Assembly: GCA_963741955.1 (NCBI GenBank)
Contig: CAVUKB010000005.1
Span: forward strand, 800,001-864,000
Direction of reading: 5' to 3'
Source: an uncultured Acidobacteriota bacterium
GTDB taxonomy: Bacteria > Acidobacteriota > Thermoanaerobaculia > Gp7-AA8
Length of the DNA stretch: 64,000 bases
The notes beneath the pieces are model-generated. The model ran no database searches. It saw only the letters and a list, made by a program, of their open reading frames with translations, and was not told the DNA's origin. The translations under genes and the position numbers were made by a program. Below are positions 37,832 to 47,316 of the stretch, piece after piece. Each line of letters opens with the position of its first letter. The first letter of the stretch is position 1.

Positions 37832-38263
37832 GGCGGCGAGCAACGCCTCTACAACCCGTCGGCTCTCTGGGGAGACCGCGAGCAGGCCCGTACGGATGTC
37901 TTGGCGAGTCAGCTCGAGGAGGCGCCGCTCCTCGGCCGTGAGCGACGAATACCGTATTCCGATGATACGCAGGTCGGCCTCCACGGTGCGAGATGCAACC
38001 GGTGCCGCGCTCGGTGCCACCTTCGCTACATCTCGAGCGACCGCGATATCTCTGGCCAAGGTTGCGAAGTTCCGTTCACGAACACTGGATCTTTCGAGAA
38101 CGATGCCCGTGCCGAGCGAGCACGCGACTCCGATGAGCAGACCTACGAGAATACTTCCTCTGGAAATTTGCATTTGCGATCCTTTGCGGATTCGATGGCT
38201 TCTCTCCTGCGACGAAGGGCGGAGAAGAAGGTTTCGGCAAGGAGGCCAGAAGCGGTCGATCAC
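37826..38263 (-). CDS. Cassette: hypothetical protein (copy 1)
   Basis: Near-identical to 30587-31024. Confidence 0.65.
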   Translation of the reverse strand: MIDRFWPPCRNLLLRPSSQERSHRIRKGSQMQISRGSILVGLLIGVACSLGTGIVLERSSVRERNFATLARDIAVARDVAKVAPSAAPVASRTVEADLRIIGIRYSSLTAEERRLLELTRQDIRTGLLAVSPESRRVVEALLAAG

Positions 38264-38268
38264 CCGCC

Positions 38269-38366
38269 GGCTAACGTTGCGCGGTTCAGCGGCGCCGCCG
38301 ACGCGCAGAACGAAAGGATACCGCAAACGCATCGAGGCGGCGTCCGCTGGAACCGCTAAGTTAGCT
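38269..38366 (-). other. attC
   Basis: GGCTAAC...GTTAGCT, 98 bp. Confidence 0.9.
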
Positions 38367-38789
38367 GCCGCTCTGGTATTTCGCGATTCTCCATTTTGCT
38401 TGCTGGAGCGAGTCACCGGGCCAAAGGTCCACGAGGCTGCCTTCCGCGAAATACTTGTCGGCGAAATCTCTCGCGAACTGCTCGGGCTCGTAAACCACGT
38501 CTGCCTTCTCTCCGATTTCGCGGTTGCGATACCACAGGTCAAGAATCGCTACGTCGATTGTGTCTGAAAGGTGGAGACTTTCGCGTACCGCGCCCCGCCA
38601 ACCGGTCGCTTGGGTTTTGAGCGCGATGTGGAGATTGATCTTCTCGAGTTTCGATTCACGGTCTGATGGAAGGACACCGATCACATCGAGGATGAACGCT
38701 TCGAAGAAGAGGTCAATCGGCGAGTGCTTGTACCGATTTGCGAGATCTTCCACTTGTTGGCTAGGCGGTTTCTTCGGGAACGGCCACAT
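38361..38789 (-). CDS. Cassette: hypothetical protein
   Basis: MWPFPKK...ILDVIG...ILDLWYRN; stop in attC core. Confidence 0.75.
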   Translation of the reverse strand: MWPFPKKPPSQQVEDLANRYKHSPIDLFFEAFILDVIGVLPSDRESKLEKINLHIALKTQATGWRGAVRESLHLSDTIDVAILDLWYRNREIGEKADVVYEPEQFARDFADKYFAEGSLVDLWPGDSLQQAKWRIAKYQSGS

Positions 38790-38804
38790 TGTCGTGTCAC
38801 AGGC

Positions 38805-38909
38805 AGCTAACGGTGCGCGCTTCAGCGGCTTCGGCCCGCACGCGCAACACCTGCAAAACCAAGTATACAAGGCCGCGGGCCGAAGTCCGCTGCGAGCGCA
38901 GGGTTAGGC
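38805..38909 (-). other. attC
   Basis: AGCTAAC...GTTAGGC. Confidence 0.9.
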
Positions 38910-39344
38910 GGCGGGCACCTCGTTGCTTTCGATCGGCATTCGGAGTAACTGGAAACCTGCCCATATGATCGTTTCGGTGACGACGAATGCGACCAGCAGA
39001 ATAGAAAGGAATAGCCACGACATTTCAGGAACGAGGAGCGACTGCCCGACGGTAGCGACTGTCCAAACAGCGAGCGCAGCCATCAAAGCCACCAGCGTCA
39101 AGTAACGCAGCCGGCGCAGCACTCGACCTGCGCCGATTGCGATTGTTGCGAGAACCAAGGCGGTAAAAAGAGCGATGAAATATGCGACGTCAGCCGCAAT
39201 CATAACGATTTCAAGAATCGATTGGACAGTTGACCCCTGTTGGCGCGTCCATTGAAAAGCGAGCGAGATAACCAACTGCACTACGAGCAGAATGAACCAG
39301 AACATCAGAAAGAGTACCCCTCGACGTCGGTGAATTCGGTTCAT
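38904..39344 (-). CDS. Cassette: four-TM membrane protein
   Basis: Hydrophobic ORF fills cassette. Confidence 0.7.
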   Translation of the reverse strand: MNRIHRRRGVLFLMFWFILLVVQLVISLAFQWTRQQGSTVQSILEIVMIAADVAYFIALFTALVLATIAIGAGRVLRRLRYLTLVALMAALAVWTVATVGQSLLVPEMSWLFLSILLVAFVVTETIIWAGFQLLRMPIESNEVPAA

Positions 39345-39357
39345 GCTCTTTTCGGCC

Positions 39358-39421
39358 GCCTAACGCTCCGGTTCAGCGGCGGGCCGCGCAGCGGACCGTC
39401 CGCTGCAACCGGTTGTTGGGC
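39358..39421 (-). other. attC
   Basis: GCCTAAC...GTTGGGC, 64 bp. Confidence 0.9.
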
Positions 39422-39467
39422 GGCCGTCTCGCGGGTCGGTAACAGCATCGTTCGCGCAGGCCATGCG

Positions 39468-40478
39468 CTACGCGGGACTGATCCGGAACTCGATCAGCCA
39501 TTTCAACTTCCCCCGATCTCCATTCAGGTATGCCTCGATACTCTGCACGAGTTCATCGACGCGCCCGATTGGCACCACGTAGTCGAAGACGTTCGCCATT
39601 ACGCGCAGGGTTTCGCCGGTCCATTCACCTTCGACAACGAGCACGGCGAGGAGATCGGGCGTCTTCCCTTTCCAGTTGATCGCCGAAAACATCTTGTCCT
39701 TCGCGTAAAGAGATGCGTGTCTCGACGACGACTTCCGAACCTCGATGAACACCTTCGGTGCTGTTGCATCGGGCAATATGAAGTCTGCACGGAAGTCGTA
39801 AACAACGCCAGCGAGTGAATCGTATTGGTCTTCTCTCAGAAATGGCAGTCCGCGCTGGCGCAGAGCGGCATCGACGATGGACTCCAGAAGGACGCGTCCG
39901 ACAAGGTCTCGGACGATACCTTCAAGCGTCGACTCAAGCCGCTTCAGTATCTCCCCCTTCACCACATGTGCAGGATCGACGCGGTCGGAAAGGAGCTTCG
40001 ACAGCCGTTCTGCCGCCGGCTTCGAAATGCCATTATCGGACACAGAGCCGACCAACTCTTTTAGCTTCGCTTTGCTGAACATTCCGGCCAGATGCTGGAT
40101 GAGCGGCAGGAGGTGCGGGTTCTCCTTTAGATATCCTGCGTCGAACCGTGTGAAGGCGTCGGTGGCCGCGCTCAACTGCTCGTAGAATGTCTCGGCTACG
40201 GCTCTCAAGTTCGTGTAGACGCCGGCCGTGATTCCCGTCTCCAAGTCGAACACCAGCGCTTGGCGACGTTGCCACTCCGAGCAGACTTCTTCCGCTGTCG
40301 CCGGTCGCGCCGTGATGCCGAGACCCGCCATCACGATCACTCGCCCGCGATCTTCAGGAAGATGCTCGGGCAGAAGTGCAGTAAGGCCTTTCGATTGCTG
40401 CACCAGCTTCAAATACACATCGATGCAACGGCGACTCTCACCGTCGGCAATCTGATAAAGGGTCTCTGGGGCTGTCAT
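39468..40478 (-). CDS. Cassette: putative type II restriction endonuclease (PD-(D/E)xK-like)
   Basis: RADFILPD...FIEVRK; translationally coupled to the methyltransferase. Confidence 0.7.
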   Translation of the reverse strand: MTAPETLYQIADGESRRCIDVYLKLVQQSKGLTALLPEHLPEDRGRVIVMAGLGITARPATAEEVCSEWQRRQALVFDLETGITAGVYTNLRAVAETFYEQLSAATDAFTRFDAGYLKENPHLLPLIQHLAGMFSKAKLKELVGSVSDNGISKPAAERLSKLLSDRVDPAHVVKGEILKRLESTLEGIVRDLVGRVLLESIVDAALRQRGLPFLREDQYDSLAGVVYDFRADFILPDATAPKVFIEVRKSSSRHASLYAKDKMFSAINWKGKTPDLLAVLVVEGEWTGETLRVMANVFDYVVPIGRVDELVQSIEAYLNGDRGKLKWLIEFRISPA

Positions 40479-41800
40479 CAGCTTGCGCTCTCCCGCTTCG
40501 CGACGATGTGGTATTCACCAAGGCCCGTCGGCGAGCCGTCCCTCTTGTCCAGGACCCAGCGGTGCCCTCGATCCCTAAGCTTGATACATTGCACGGCAGT
40601 GAAACCCATTTCGGACATGGCGGACGCTAGGAACTGCGGAGTGCTCACGTGAATGCCATAGAATGCAGCATCAGCGATCACGACGTGAGCGGTACCCCCA
40701 GATGTAAGACAACGCAGCGTCTCAAGCAGAACGTTCGTCATCTGTGCGAAGTAGGGATACACGAGCAGATCGTATTCCTTCTTGCCGGCACGAACGCGGC
40801 GCTCTTGTGCCAACGCCGACACGATACGGTCCAACTCCGGCAGCAGCGAGCCTGCGATCCGATCGCGGTACTGCGATTGAATGTCGCGGTGTCCCGTTAG
40901 TGCGGTAGTTGTGTTGACAACAAGCTTAGCCCGTACACCATCTGTGATCTCTCGCCAGGAGCCGCAGATGCCCCAGAAATACAGGTGCATTCGCGTCATT
41001 TCGGCAAAGTCGAAATTATTTAGATACGGCGGCGACGTGACTGCGACATCGACGCTCCCCGTCTCGATGAGGCTCATCTCCTCGGACGATCCTTGATGCA
41101 GAACAGCGGCCGGTGACGCTTCCATTTGTCTGGCCTCAGCAGCGTCACGCCGAACCTGTTCAACCACGGTACGGATCGCATCGACCGGCGAATCGGCTTT
41201 CTTCGCGGAAGTCGGTGCCTTGTAGATTCCGTCGGTTTGGGCTTTGGAACACATGTCGATTATACGAGAGAGCAAGAGGAACGCTAAATCGTCCTCGTCT
41301 AGGGCGACATCCTCGAGAGCCGTGCGTGCGCCTAGCAACTGACGAAGTGTGTGCTCTTCGAACAGCTTCACGAGAAAAGCCTCAGCAGGCCCCGTAAGGG
41401 CAGCAGCTCGCTCCGGCGCGTGAATTCCAGAGAGAAGCGCCGCCTCGATCGTCCGCAGCCGGGTCTCCGTGGGAGGCGCCTCAGTTTTTGCTCGTGCGAT
41501 TCGGACAAAAACCGGATGCGGCTCAAAGCCTACTGCCCGATGACCGAGACTCTGCGCTACTACTAGGGATGTTCCGCAACCAGCAAACGGGTCCAGGAGT
41601 ACCCCGCCAGTGGAGGTGGGGCACTGTTGCGCAACGAATTCTGGAGCGAACCCCGCGATGAAATTGAACCAACGGTGGACCGCATGGCGATTTGCGGTCG
41701 TGTTCGTCGGAAGCCGTTCGCGCGACACTTCGGCAAAGCGCGGTCGGTTGTCGAACCCGGGGAGGTTCATCTGTCCTGTCGCCGACACGGATGATTTCAT
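40478..41800 (-). CDS. Cassette: amino-DNA methyltransferase (SPPY, probably N4-cytosine, alpha motif order)
   Basis: LDPFAGCGTS (motif I) precedes VTSPPY (motif IV). Confidence 0.88.
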   Translation of the reverse strand: MKSSVSATGQMNLPGFDNRPRFAEVSRERLPTNTTANRHAVHRWFNFIAGFAPEFVAQQCPTSTGGVLLDPFAGCGTSLVVAQSLGHRAVGFEPHPVFVRIARAKTEAPPTETRLRTIEAALLSGIHAPERAAALTGPAEAFLVKLFEEHTLRQLLGARTALEDVALDEDDLAFLLLSRIIDMCSKAQTDGIYKAPTSAKKADSPVDAIRTVVEQVRRDAAEARQMEASPAAVLHQGSSEEMSLIETGSVDVAVTSPPYLNNFDFAEMTRMHLYFWGICGSWREITDGVRAKLVVNTTTALTGHRDIQSQYRDRIAGSLLPELDRIVSALAQERRVRAGKKEYDLLVYPYFAQMTNVLLETLRCLTSGGTAHVVIADAAFYGIHVSTPQFLASAMSEMGFTAVQCIKLRDRGHRWVLDKRDGSPTGLGEYHIVAKRESAS

Positions 41801-41844
41801 GCCCTATTTACTCCGTTCGAGCCGCACGGCCTAGCTTCCTGTCC

Positions 41845-41946
41845 GCCCAACGCTACGCATCAGCCGCACCGACGCGGCCACGCAGCCCGAACAGTTTACA
41901 ACACTTGGTGTGCCGCGTCGGTGTCGGCTGCATGCGCTAGTTAGGC
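41845..41946 (-). other. attC
   Basis: GCCCAAC...GTTAGGC. Confidence 0.9.
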
Positions 41947-41954
41947 GGTTCCTG

Positions 41955-42632
41955 TCACCAAAACTGCCACCATGGCTTTGCTTTCTTCGGTTTCTGAAGG
42001 CGCGGCAGCGTTTCCTCGCCGCCAGGTGCGATGGCCAGCATTCCCTCTGACACTTCAACCTCTCTCCCTTCCAGCTCGGTAGGATTGACGCTCCACTTGC
42101 CGGCCACGAGCATTACGCTTTCCTCTGTAGGGAACGAGAGATCCGTGCGGTTCCAGTAATCGTCTTCGGTCGCCTCGGACGACCGCTCGTCAAAGAAGCG
42201 GAATCCAAGCTCCTGCTCTTCGGCGGTTTGGGGGCCGATGTCCGTGGTCGTTTCGCCCCTCTCACCGATGTACTCGTAGGCGCGGATCAGCCCGTGCGGA
42301 GTCGCGCGAGCCCAAGCGTGGGCCTCGACAACCCGATGGGTCCCAAAGAACTGCACTTCCGTTCCCAGGGCGGCGGAAAGTTTGGTGGTCTGCTCTACGA
42401 ATCGCTCGGTATCCGTCAGGTCGAGGAGGCCGGTACCTACACAGATCGTCCAGCCATCGATAGGCGGCGTGAGAAAGACTTTCTGAGAGCCGAACTGGTA
42501 TGCCGCGTCGATGCCCGGGCCCCATTCGCAAGCCCCAGCCAACTCGAAGCCAAGCGCGCGAGCGATTGCCGCGGGGTCGCCGTCTCTCACGGCAAACCAC
42601 ATGTTCTTGTACCCGAATCCGTCCAGTCGCAT
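41955..42632 (-). CDS. Cassette: hypothetical protein
   Basis: FGYKNMWFAVR...FGTHRVVE...WSVNP; ends KPWWQFW. Confidence 0.78.
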   Translation of the reverse strand: MRLDGFGYKNMWFAVRDGDPAAIARALGFELAGACEWGPGIDAAYQFGSQKVFLTPPIDGWTICVGTGLLDLTDTERFVEQTTKLSAALGTEVQFFGTHRVVEAHAWARATPHGLIRAYEYIGERGETTTDIGPQTAEEQELGFRFFDERSSEATEDDYWNRTDLSFPTEESVMLVAGKWSVNPTELEGREVEVSEGMLAIAPGGEETLPRLQKPKKAKPWWQFW

Positions 42633-42639
42633 CAGAACC

Positions 42640-42744
42640 GCCTAACGGATAGCGCTAAGCCGCCTCAACGCGCCCGCGCTACCCCAGCAGGTTACCAAAA
42701 TTTTGAGCGGCGCGTTGAGGTCGGCTTGAGCGCGATAGTTAGGT
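42640..42744 (-). other. attC
   Basis: GCCTAAC...GTTAGGT. Confidence 0.9.
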
Positions 42745-43302
42745 GGCGCCGGGACGATACTCATAGATGAAATCGTAGTCATGTGAGGTTGCAAGCAAAG
42801 GGAATGAGAGCAAGCCCATCATCGGAGCACTGGCTTGGATGAGTTGCTGAAACCTCACCACCACCAGCAGCGACGCGTAGTCGGCTGCCTCTCGGTTCTT
42901 CTTGTCTTTGAAGGCGCGGGACGCGTAGACCTTTTGAAGTCGTTCCATTCCGGTGAGAGTGACATCTCGGAACGGAGGAGTGTCCCATTCGGCAATCCAG
43001 TCAAACTCGCCCACACCGCCATACTTGCGATATCCGAATAGCTCGAAGAACCACCTCTTTGGGTTGATATCAAATCCGTTGGTTTCCGTGTAAACCGCTG
43101 CCAAAGTCTGGTCACGCCGGATGAAGCGGTCAAAATGCTCCGCCACCTGCTCGGGTGCGTTCGTGAACCTCATATCCAGCGCGAGATGAAATGGGCCGCT
43201 CGGCTGGCTAGCGAGCGCCGCCGAAACGCGCTTGTCGCATTCGGCCAAATCGCCAGCACGAAGGGAAGGCTCCAGCTCATTCACTAGGTCAAACCATGAC
43301 AT
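42739..43302 (-). CDS. Cassette: hypothetical protein
   Basis: YTETNGFDINP...ATSHDYD; stop in attC core. Confidence 0.75.
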   Translation of the reverse strand: MSWFDLVNELEPSLRAGDLAECDKRVSAALASQPSGPFHLALDMRFTNAPEQVAEHFDRFIRRDQTLAAVYTETNGFDINPKRWFFELFGYRKYGGVGEFDWIAEWDTPPFRDVTLTGMERLQKVYASRAFKDKKNREAADYASLLVVVRFQQLIQASAPMMGLLSFPLLATSHDYDFIYEYRPGAT

Positions 43303-43313
43303 GATGTTTAGCC

Positions 43314-43416
43314 ACCTAACGGACCGCGCTTCACCCGCCCGGGCCCGCAGGGAGACCTTACCACGTTGCGAGCGTGGAACGGCGGGCCCGGGTCGGGTGC
43401 AAGCGCATAGTTAGGG
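43314..43416 (-). other. attC
   Basis: ACCTAAC...GTTAGGG. Confidence 0.9.
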
Positions 43417-43428
43417 CTCGCAGCACAG

Positions 43429-43908
43429 CTACTCCTTGGTTTCAGAGTATCGAACACCGAGTGCCGGACGGAGAAGTGCTGCTGCCTTCGCCGCCTCCTC
43501 TCGACTCGGAAGAACGAAACGGATTGGCTCACCACCGACTGGCAAGATGCGAAGGGAGTTGGCAAACCACAGCCCTTTGGTGTTCTCGAGCCTTCGGATG
43601 GAGTCAAAGAGGATCTCCCGGGAGGCGATGCTCGACGACTTGAATCCGAACGTCTTCTGGGCGTTGATCGCTGCGATAGCATTCTGCGTCTCTTCAAGGG
43701 TTGGCATGCCGGTTTTTGCATGGTCTTTCAGCCCGACGGCCTCGTGGCGACGACCACCGCTGAGAAAAACCGACGGGAGCTGATTGAGCGCGCTCCCTAC
43801 CTTGACGAGGGCGACGCGATCCGGAAATACGAAGAACTGGAAAACGGTGTTCGGGTCAGCGGAGAGAAGCTTGTAGTACTGGGCTCGAAAGACCCCGAGT
43901 GCTTGCAC
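43429..43908 (-). CDS. Cassette: hypothetical protein
   Basis: AGGAGG RBS before GTG start. Confidence 0.7.
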   Translation of the reverse strand: MQALGVFRAQYYKLLSADPNTVFQFFVFPDRVALVKVGSALNQLPSVFLSGGRRHEAVGLKDHAKTGMPTLEETQNAIAAINAQKTFGFKSSSIASREILFDSIRRLENTKGLWFANSLRILPVGGEPIRFVLPSREEAAKAAALLRPALGVRYSETKE

Positions 43909-43968
43909 GAACCAACCTCCTAGTCTCTGGCGGGGGGCCCTCTCGTTCTTTTCGATTGCTCCGGAGAG

Positions 43969-44098
43969 CCCTAACGACTCTTCACATCAGCCGCTCCGGG
44001 CCCAGCGAGCGCGTTGGCAGGAGCGAGAGAGGTGAAGGCTGAGAGATTGTAACCCATGGAACGGCGGGCCCGGAGTCGGCTGCATGTGACAGTTAGCC
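43969..44098 (-). other. attC (130 bp, longest)
   Basis: CCCTAAC...GTTAGCC. Confidence 0.85.
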
Positions 44099-45118
44099 GG
44101 CGCGTTTTCGGCGCTTCTGGGAGAACTTTGCGATTGCGCTCTTGGCAAGCTGAAACAAGGCGGGCCGCCACTGATGCGTCACGTCTTCCTCTTGCAGTAT
44201 CGACGGTGCATGGATCAACGTGCGGTGAATGTACTTGGCGTGGACGAATGAGTTTCGGAACTCATACATGGCTTCGCCCAGGGCCTTCCCTGTTGGTTTA
44301 GATATCAACCCCTTCGCCACGGCCCGAGCAAGGAGCCGTTTCCCAGCGAGACGTTCGACGAGCCGCACGATGGGTGTCTTTTCATCTCGATAGACGAGCG
44401 CTGCGACCTTGCTGAGAAACTCGCGGTCGGTCAATGAAGAGTCCGAGCGCAGGGCGGCAACACCCTTCTGGATTTCAAAGAAGGCGTAGAACTCCAAGAC
44501 TCGATAGAACTGGAGGCAAGCGGACTCATTGGTGTATTCGCGTCTTCCACGCCACAGGAACCGCATTGGCTCAAGGTCCAACGGAACGGCAGCAATGCTG
44601 TCAGGCGGAGCCGCGAGCTCTGGTGCCTCCCAAAACTCCACTGGACCGAAGGGTATCAGGCCGACGGCTTCTAAAGAATGGTCGTCGAGAATGTGGAGTG
44701 TCTTGAGAAGGTAGGCTTCGAGCTGATCTTCCGGGAGACCCTCGATTTGTATGGTGGTCTTGTAGTACTCCCACTCGTCGCCGTGAGCCTTCCGATGGTA
44801 GTCACCTTCGAAAAGCACCATGGCGAGGGGACTCGTGTCGCCAACCAGGACTGTTGCCCCGGGCATTTCAATCTCAGCGCCGTCATCGACCCCGTACACG
44901 AAGAACTCGTGAAAATCCCCGAGGGAGTAACCGTAGTAGCTGTGAAACGTTAGGTTTGGGTTGTGACGAAGCAGGTTCCCCCGTCTTGTTGGGTTGATCA
45001 CGGACGCACGGATCGATCGGCCGGATACATCCCATGTGATGGTGTGAAGGCGGCCGTGCTTCTCTAGGGATAAGCCGGACGGATCATAGGCAGCAAGTTC
45101 GTAGGTCTCCGATACCAT
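44093..45118 (-). CDS. Cassette: hypothetical protein with C-terminal Rx4H (HEPN-like) motif
   Basis: CLQFYRVLEF...MYEFRNSFVHAK. Confidence 0.7.
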   Translation of the reverse strand: MVSETYELAAYDPSGLSLEKHGRLHTITWDVSGRSIRASVINPTRRGNLLRHNPNLTFHSYYGYSLGDFHEFFVYGVDDGAEIEMPGATVLVGDTSPLAMVLFEGDYHRKAHGDEWEYYKTTIQIEGLPEDQLEAYLLKTLHILDDHSLEAVGLIPFGPVEFWEAPELAAPPDSIAAVPLDLEPMRFLWRGRREYTNESACLQFYRVLEFYAFFEIQKGVAALRSDSSLTDREFLSKVAALVYRDEKTPIVRLVERLAGKRLLARAVAKGLISKPTGKALGEAMYEFRNSFVHAKYIHRTLIHAPSILQEEDVTHQWRPALFQLAKSAIAKFSQKRRKRAG

Positions 45119-45157
45119 CTCACGACCTCATCGACCCGTGACAATACCACTGGCGCC

Positions 45158-45262
45158 GGCTAACGTCCCGCGGTTCACGCGCGCGGGCCGCGACGGGAGG
45201 ATTATACAACCTGGAGATGCAGCATGCCGCGGCCCGCGTCGCGTGCAACCGCTAAGTTAGGC
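45158..45262 (-). other. attC
   Basis: GGCTAAC...GTTAGGC; loop contains TATAAT on the minus strand. Confidence 0.9.
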
Positions 45263-45649
45263 CCGCCGGAGGGTCGCGAGCGCGCGTTCCGCCTGTGCAA
45301 ACGTGCGCAGTGTTGAAGCCGGATCGCCGTTGTAGGTTATGAACAGAAGAAGCGAATCGTTGGCGAGCCAATAGCGGCGCCACGCGACACCGAGGTCCTC
45401 GTATGAGGTGCCGAGCCCGTGAAACTCCCCGAAGGTCGCTTCAAAGGGGCGCCCGGTGAGCGCGGCCTGCCGAGTGGCAAGCTCCTCAAGCTCTCCGTTC
45501 GTGATCGGCCCGTTCTCTTTCGATGCGGAGCTGAATTGAAGTGAACCGTCGTTCGTCGCCGGCGTGAGCGTAAGGCACTCCACGTGCTCGGTCACCGTCC
45601 AACCGTCCGGCACGTCCATGAGCCAGTCACTTTCACCTGCGCTTGTCAT
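45257..45649 (-). CDS. Cassette: hypothetical protein
   Basis: VPDGW...GSLQFS...WRRYWL...LFITYN. Confidence 0.7.
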   Translation of the reverse strand: MTSAGESDWLMDVPDGWTVTEHVECLTLTPATNDGSLQFSSASKENGPITNGELEELATRQAALTGRPFEATFGEFHGLGTSYEDLGVAWRRYWLANDSLLLFITYNGDPASTLRTFAQAERALATLRRA

Positions 45650-45655
45650 CAGCGG

Positions 45656-45760
45656 GCCTAACGTGCCGTGGTTCACGCGCGCGAACCGCGACGCGAAGAA
45701 GTATAGCGCTCGCGAGGCAGCAGCGCGCGGTTCGCGTCGCGTGCAACCGCAAAGTTAGCC
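45656..45760 (-). other. attC
   Basis: GCCTAAC...GTTAGCC. Confidence 0.9.
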
Positions 45761-45766
45761 GCGCGA

Positions 45767-46297
45767 CTATGGCTCACAACGGAGACCGCGGAGCGCAAGC
45801 GACTGGCATACACGCTGAACAACAGCGTCTGTGTCGTCCGCGGTGACGAAGTACGTCTCGCCCGCGCGGAGTCGTTCCATGGCCGAGGGGAATGCGAAGA
45901 CTTCAGCGTCGAAGTTGCGGATTGAGCCCTCCAAATAGTAGTCCCACGCCCCGTCGGGGTGCACGATTGTGAACTCGCCGAGCCATGTCCGCAGTTCGCG
46001 CGCTACGGCATGGAGCTTCGGAAATTGCTTCCGCAGAGGCGTAGCCAAGAAGTGAATCTCGCCCGCTGTCCAGAGGATGCCGCGCTTTCTCGCCGGTGCA
46101 AATACGTTCACGATGGGACAGCGCATGGCGTCGATCGCCCCGTCCGATCGGCGTTGTAATTCACCTATCGTGTTGAAGAGAGCGGAAAAGCCCTTGCTGG
46201 TCGGCGAGAGGAGTGGAGCCTCGCGGTGCGCAGTGAACCAGTCGGCGACGAGTTCCGCGTCGTCAGCCACGGCAAGGTAGCGGTAGGTTACTCCCAT
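45767..46297 (-). CDS. Cassette: hypothetical protein
   Basis: ORF fills cassette. Confidence 0.75.
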   Translation of the reverse strand: MGVTYRYLAVADDAELVADWFTAHREAPLLSPTSKGFSALFNTIGELQRRSDGAIDAMRCPIVNVFAPARKRGILWTAGEIHFLATPLRKQFPKLHAVARELRTWLGEFTIVHPDGAWDYYLEGSIRNFDAEVFAFPSAMERLRAGETYFVTADDTDAVVQRVCQSLALRGLRCEP

Positions 46298-46305
46298 ATT
46301 GAAGC

Positions 46306-46383
46306 GGCTAACGTTGCTGCTAACCGGCAGACCGCAGACGGCGAAGCCGGCTGTGGTCTGTCCGGTTGAGCAGCGGGTTAGCC
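46306..46383 (-). other. attC
   Basis: GGCTAAC...GTTAGCC, 78 bp. Confidence 0.9.
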
Positions 46384-46390
46384 GTCAGTT

Positions 46391-47047
46391 TCACGGAACG
46401 ACGGGCGAGGTCTTCTGGCCGCGAGCAGGCCAGATGAAGAGCCCCACCGCTACTACACCGGCCACGAGCAGCCCGAGGTCGGGTTTGACATCCAGGAGAA
46501 AGGCGGCCTGACTACCCACCAAGGACCAAAGGATGGGCACAGTGAGGACTGCGCGCATCTTCGCTCCCGACGCGAGCGCGAGCAAACCGATGGTAAAGAT
46601 GGTGGTTGGACACGGCAGACCAAACGTCGGGAGTTCAGGATACGCGTGCCCAGCAAGCGTGGACCAAACGGGATACGCGACGAGTGCGAAGGCGAGTAGG
46701 AATATCCCGAGAACGGTACGAACGCTCCTGGCAAAGGCAAACTCGATTCGGCGGTGAATCACGCCGTGCCAAGCGAACAGAAGACCTCCGATGATTGACA
46801 GTGCGCCAAACCCGTAAGCCACAGGGTTGATGCGCGCGAAGAACGCCAGGTGGTAGGCTGCACCAAGCCAAACCCAGAGAAAGGTCAAAACGGCTGACAC
46901 TCCCACACTGGACCACGGACGCCGAAGCGCGATGAAGATCACGGCCAGCACTGCAAGCAGAATCAGGAAGACCTGCGCCGGCCAGACGGTGCTGTTGTAC
47001 AGCCTGAAGACGCCAAAGAACTGCTCAGTGGTGAAGGGTAGCTGCAT
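46391..47047 (-). CDS. Cassette: DUF6064-like membrane protein
   Basis: LPFTTEQFFGVF...INPVAYGFG...PTFGLPCPTTIFTIG; family name from memory. Confidence 0.8.
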   Translation of the reverse strand: MQLPFTTEQFFGVFRLYNSTVWPAQVFLILLAVLAVIFIALRRPWSSVGVSAVLTFLWVWLGAAYHLAFFARINPVAYGFGALSIIGGLLFAWHGVIHRRIEFAFARSVRTVLGIFLLAFALVAYPVWSTLAGHAYPELPTFGLPCPTTIFTIGLLALASGAKMRAVLTVPILWSLVGSQAAFLLDVKPDLGLLVAGVVAVGLFIWPARGQKTSPVVP

Positions 47048-47060
47048 GATGGCTCTTGAC

Positions 47061-47164
47061 GGCTAACGTTGCGCGGTTCACCGGCGCGAACCGCGCGCCG
47101 AGACCGCGGCTCTTGCAGGACAGTAAAGCAGCGGTTCGCGTCCGGTGCAACCGTTTTGTTAGGC
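47061..47164 (-). other. attC
   Basis: GGCTAAC...GTTAGGC. Confidence 0.9.
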
Positions 47165-47316
47165 GGCTGGGCCGAACACGCGGTTGATTTGGCGAGCAGC
47201 GTACATGCCGATAACCGTTCCAGCGAGACCAGCTGCCGAAGGAAGAATGGCCGGTGGCATCGCTGCGGCGAAACGACGCATCCGATCGAGTATCGACGAA
47301 TAACACCCGCTAGGCG

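Noticed and set aside
39468-41800. Link between the R-M cassette and the GATC/TCGA arrays as decoy sites
   Set aside because: Specificity cannot be read from the sequence, and GATC/TCGA are abundant throughout the window anyway.
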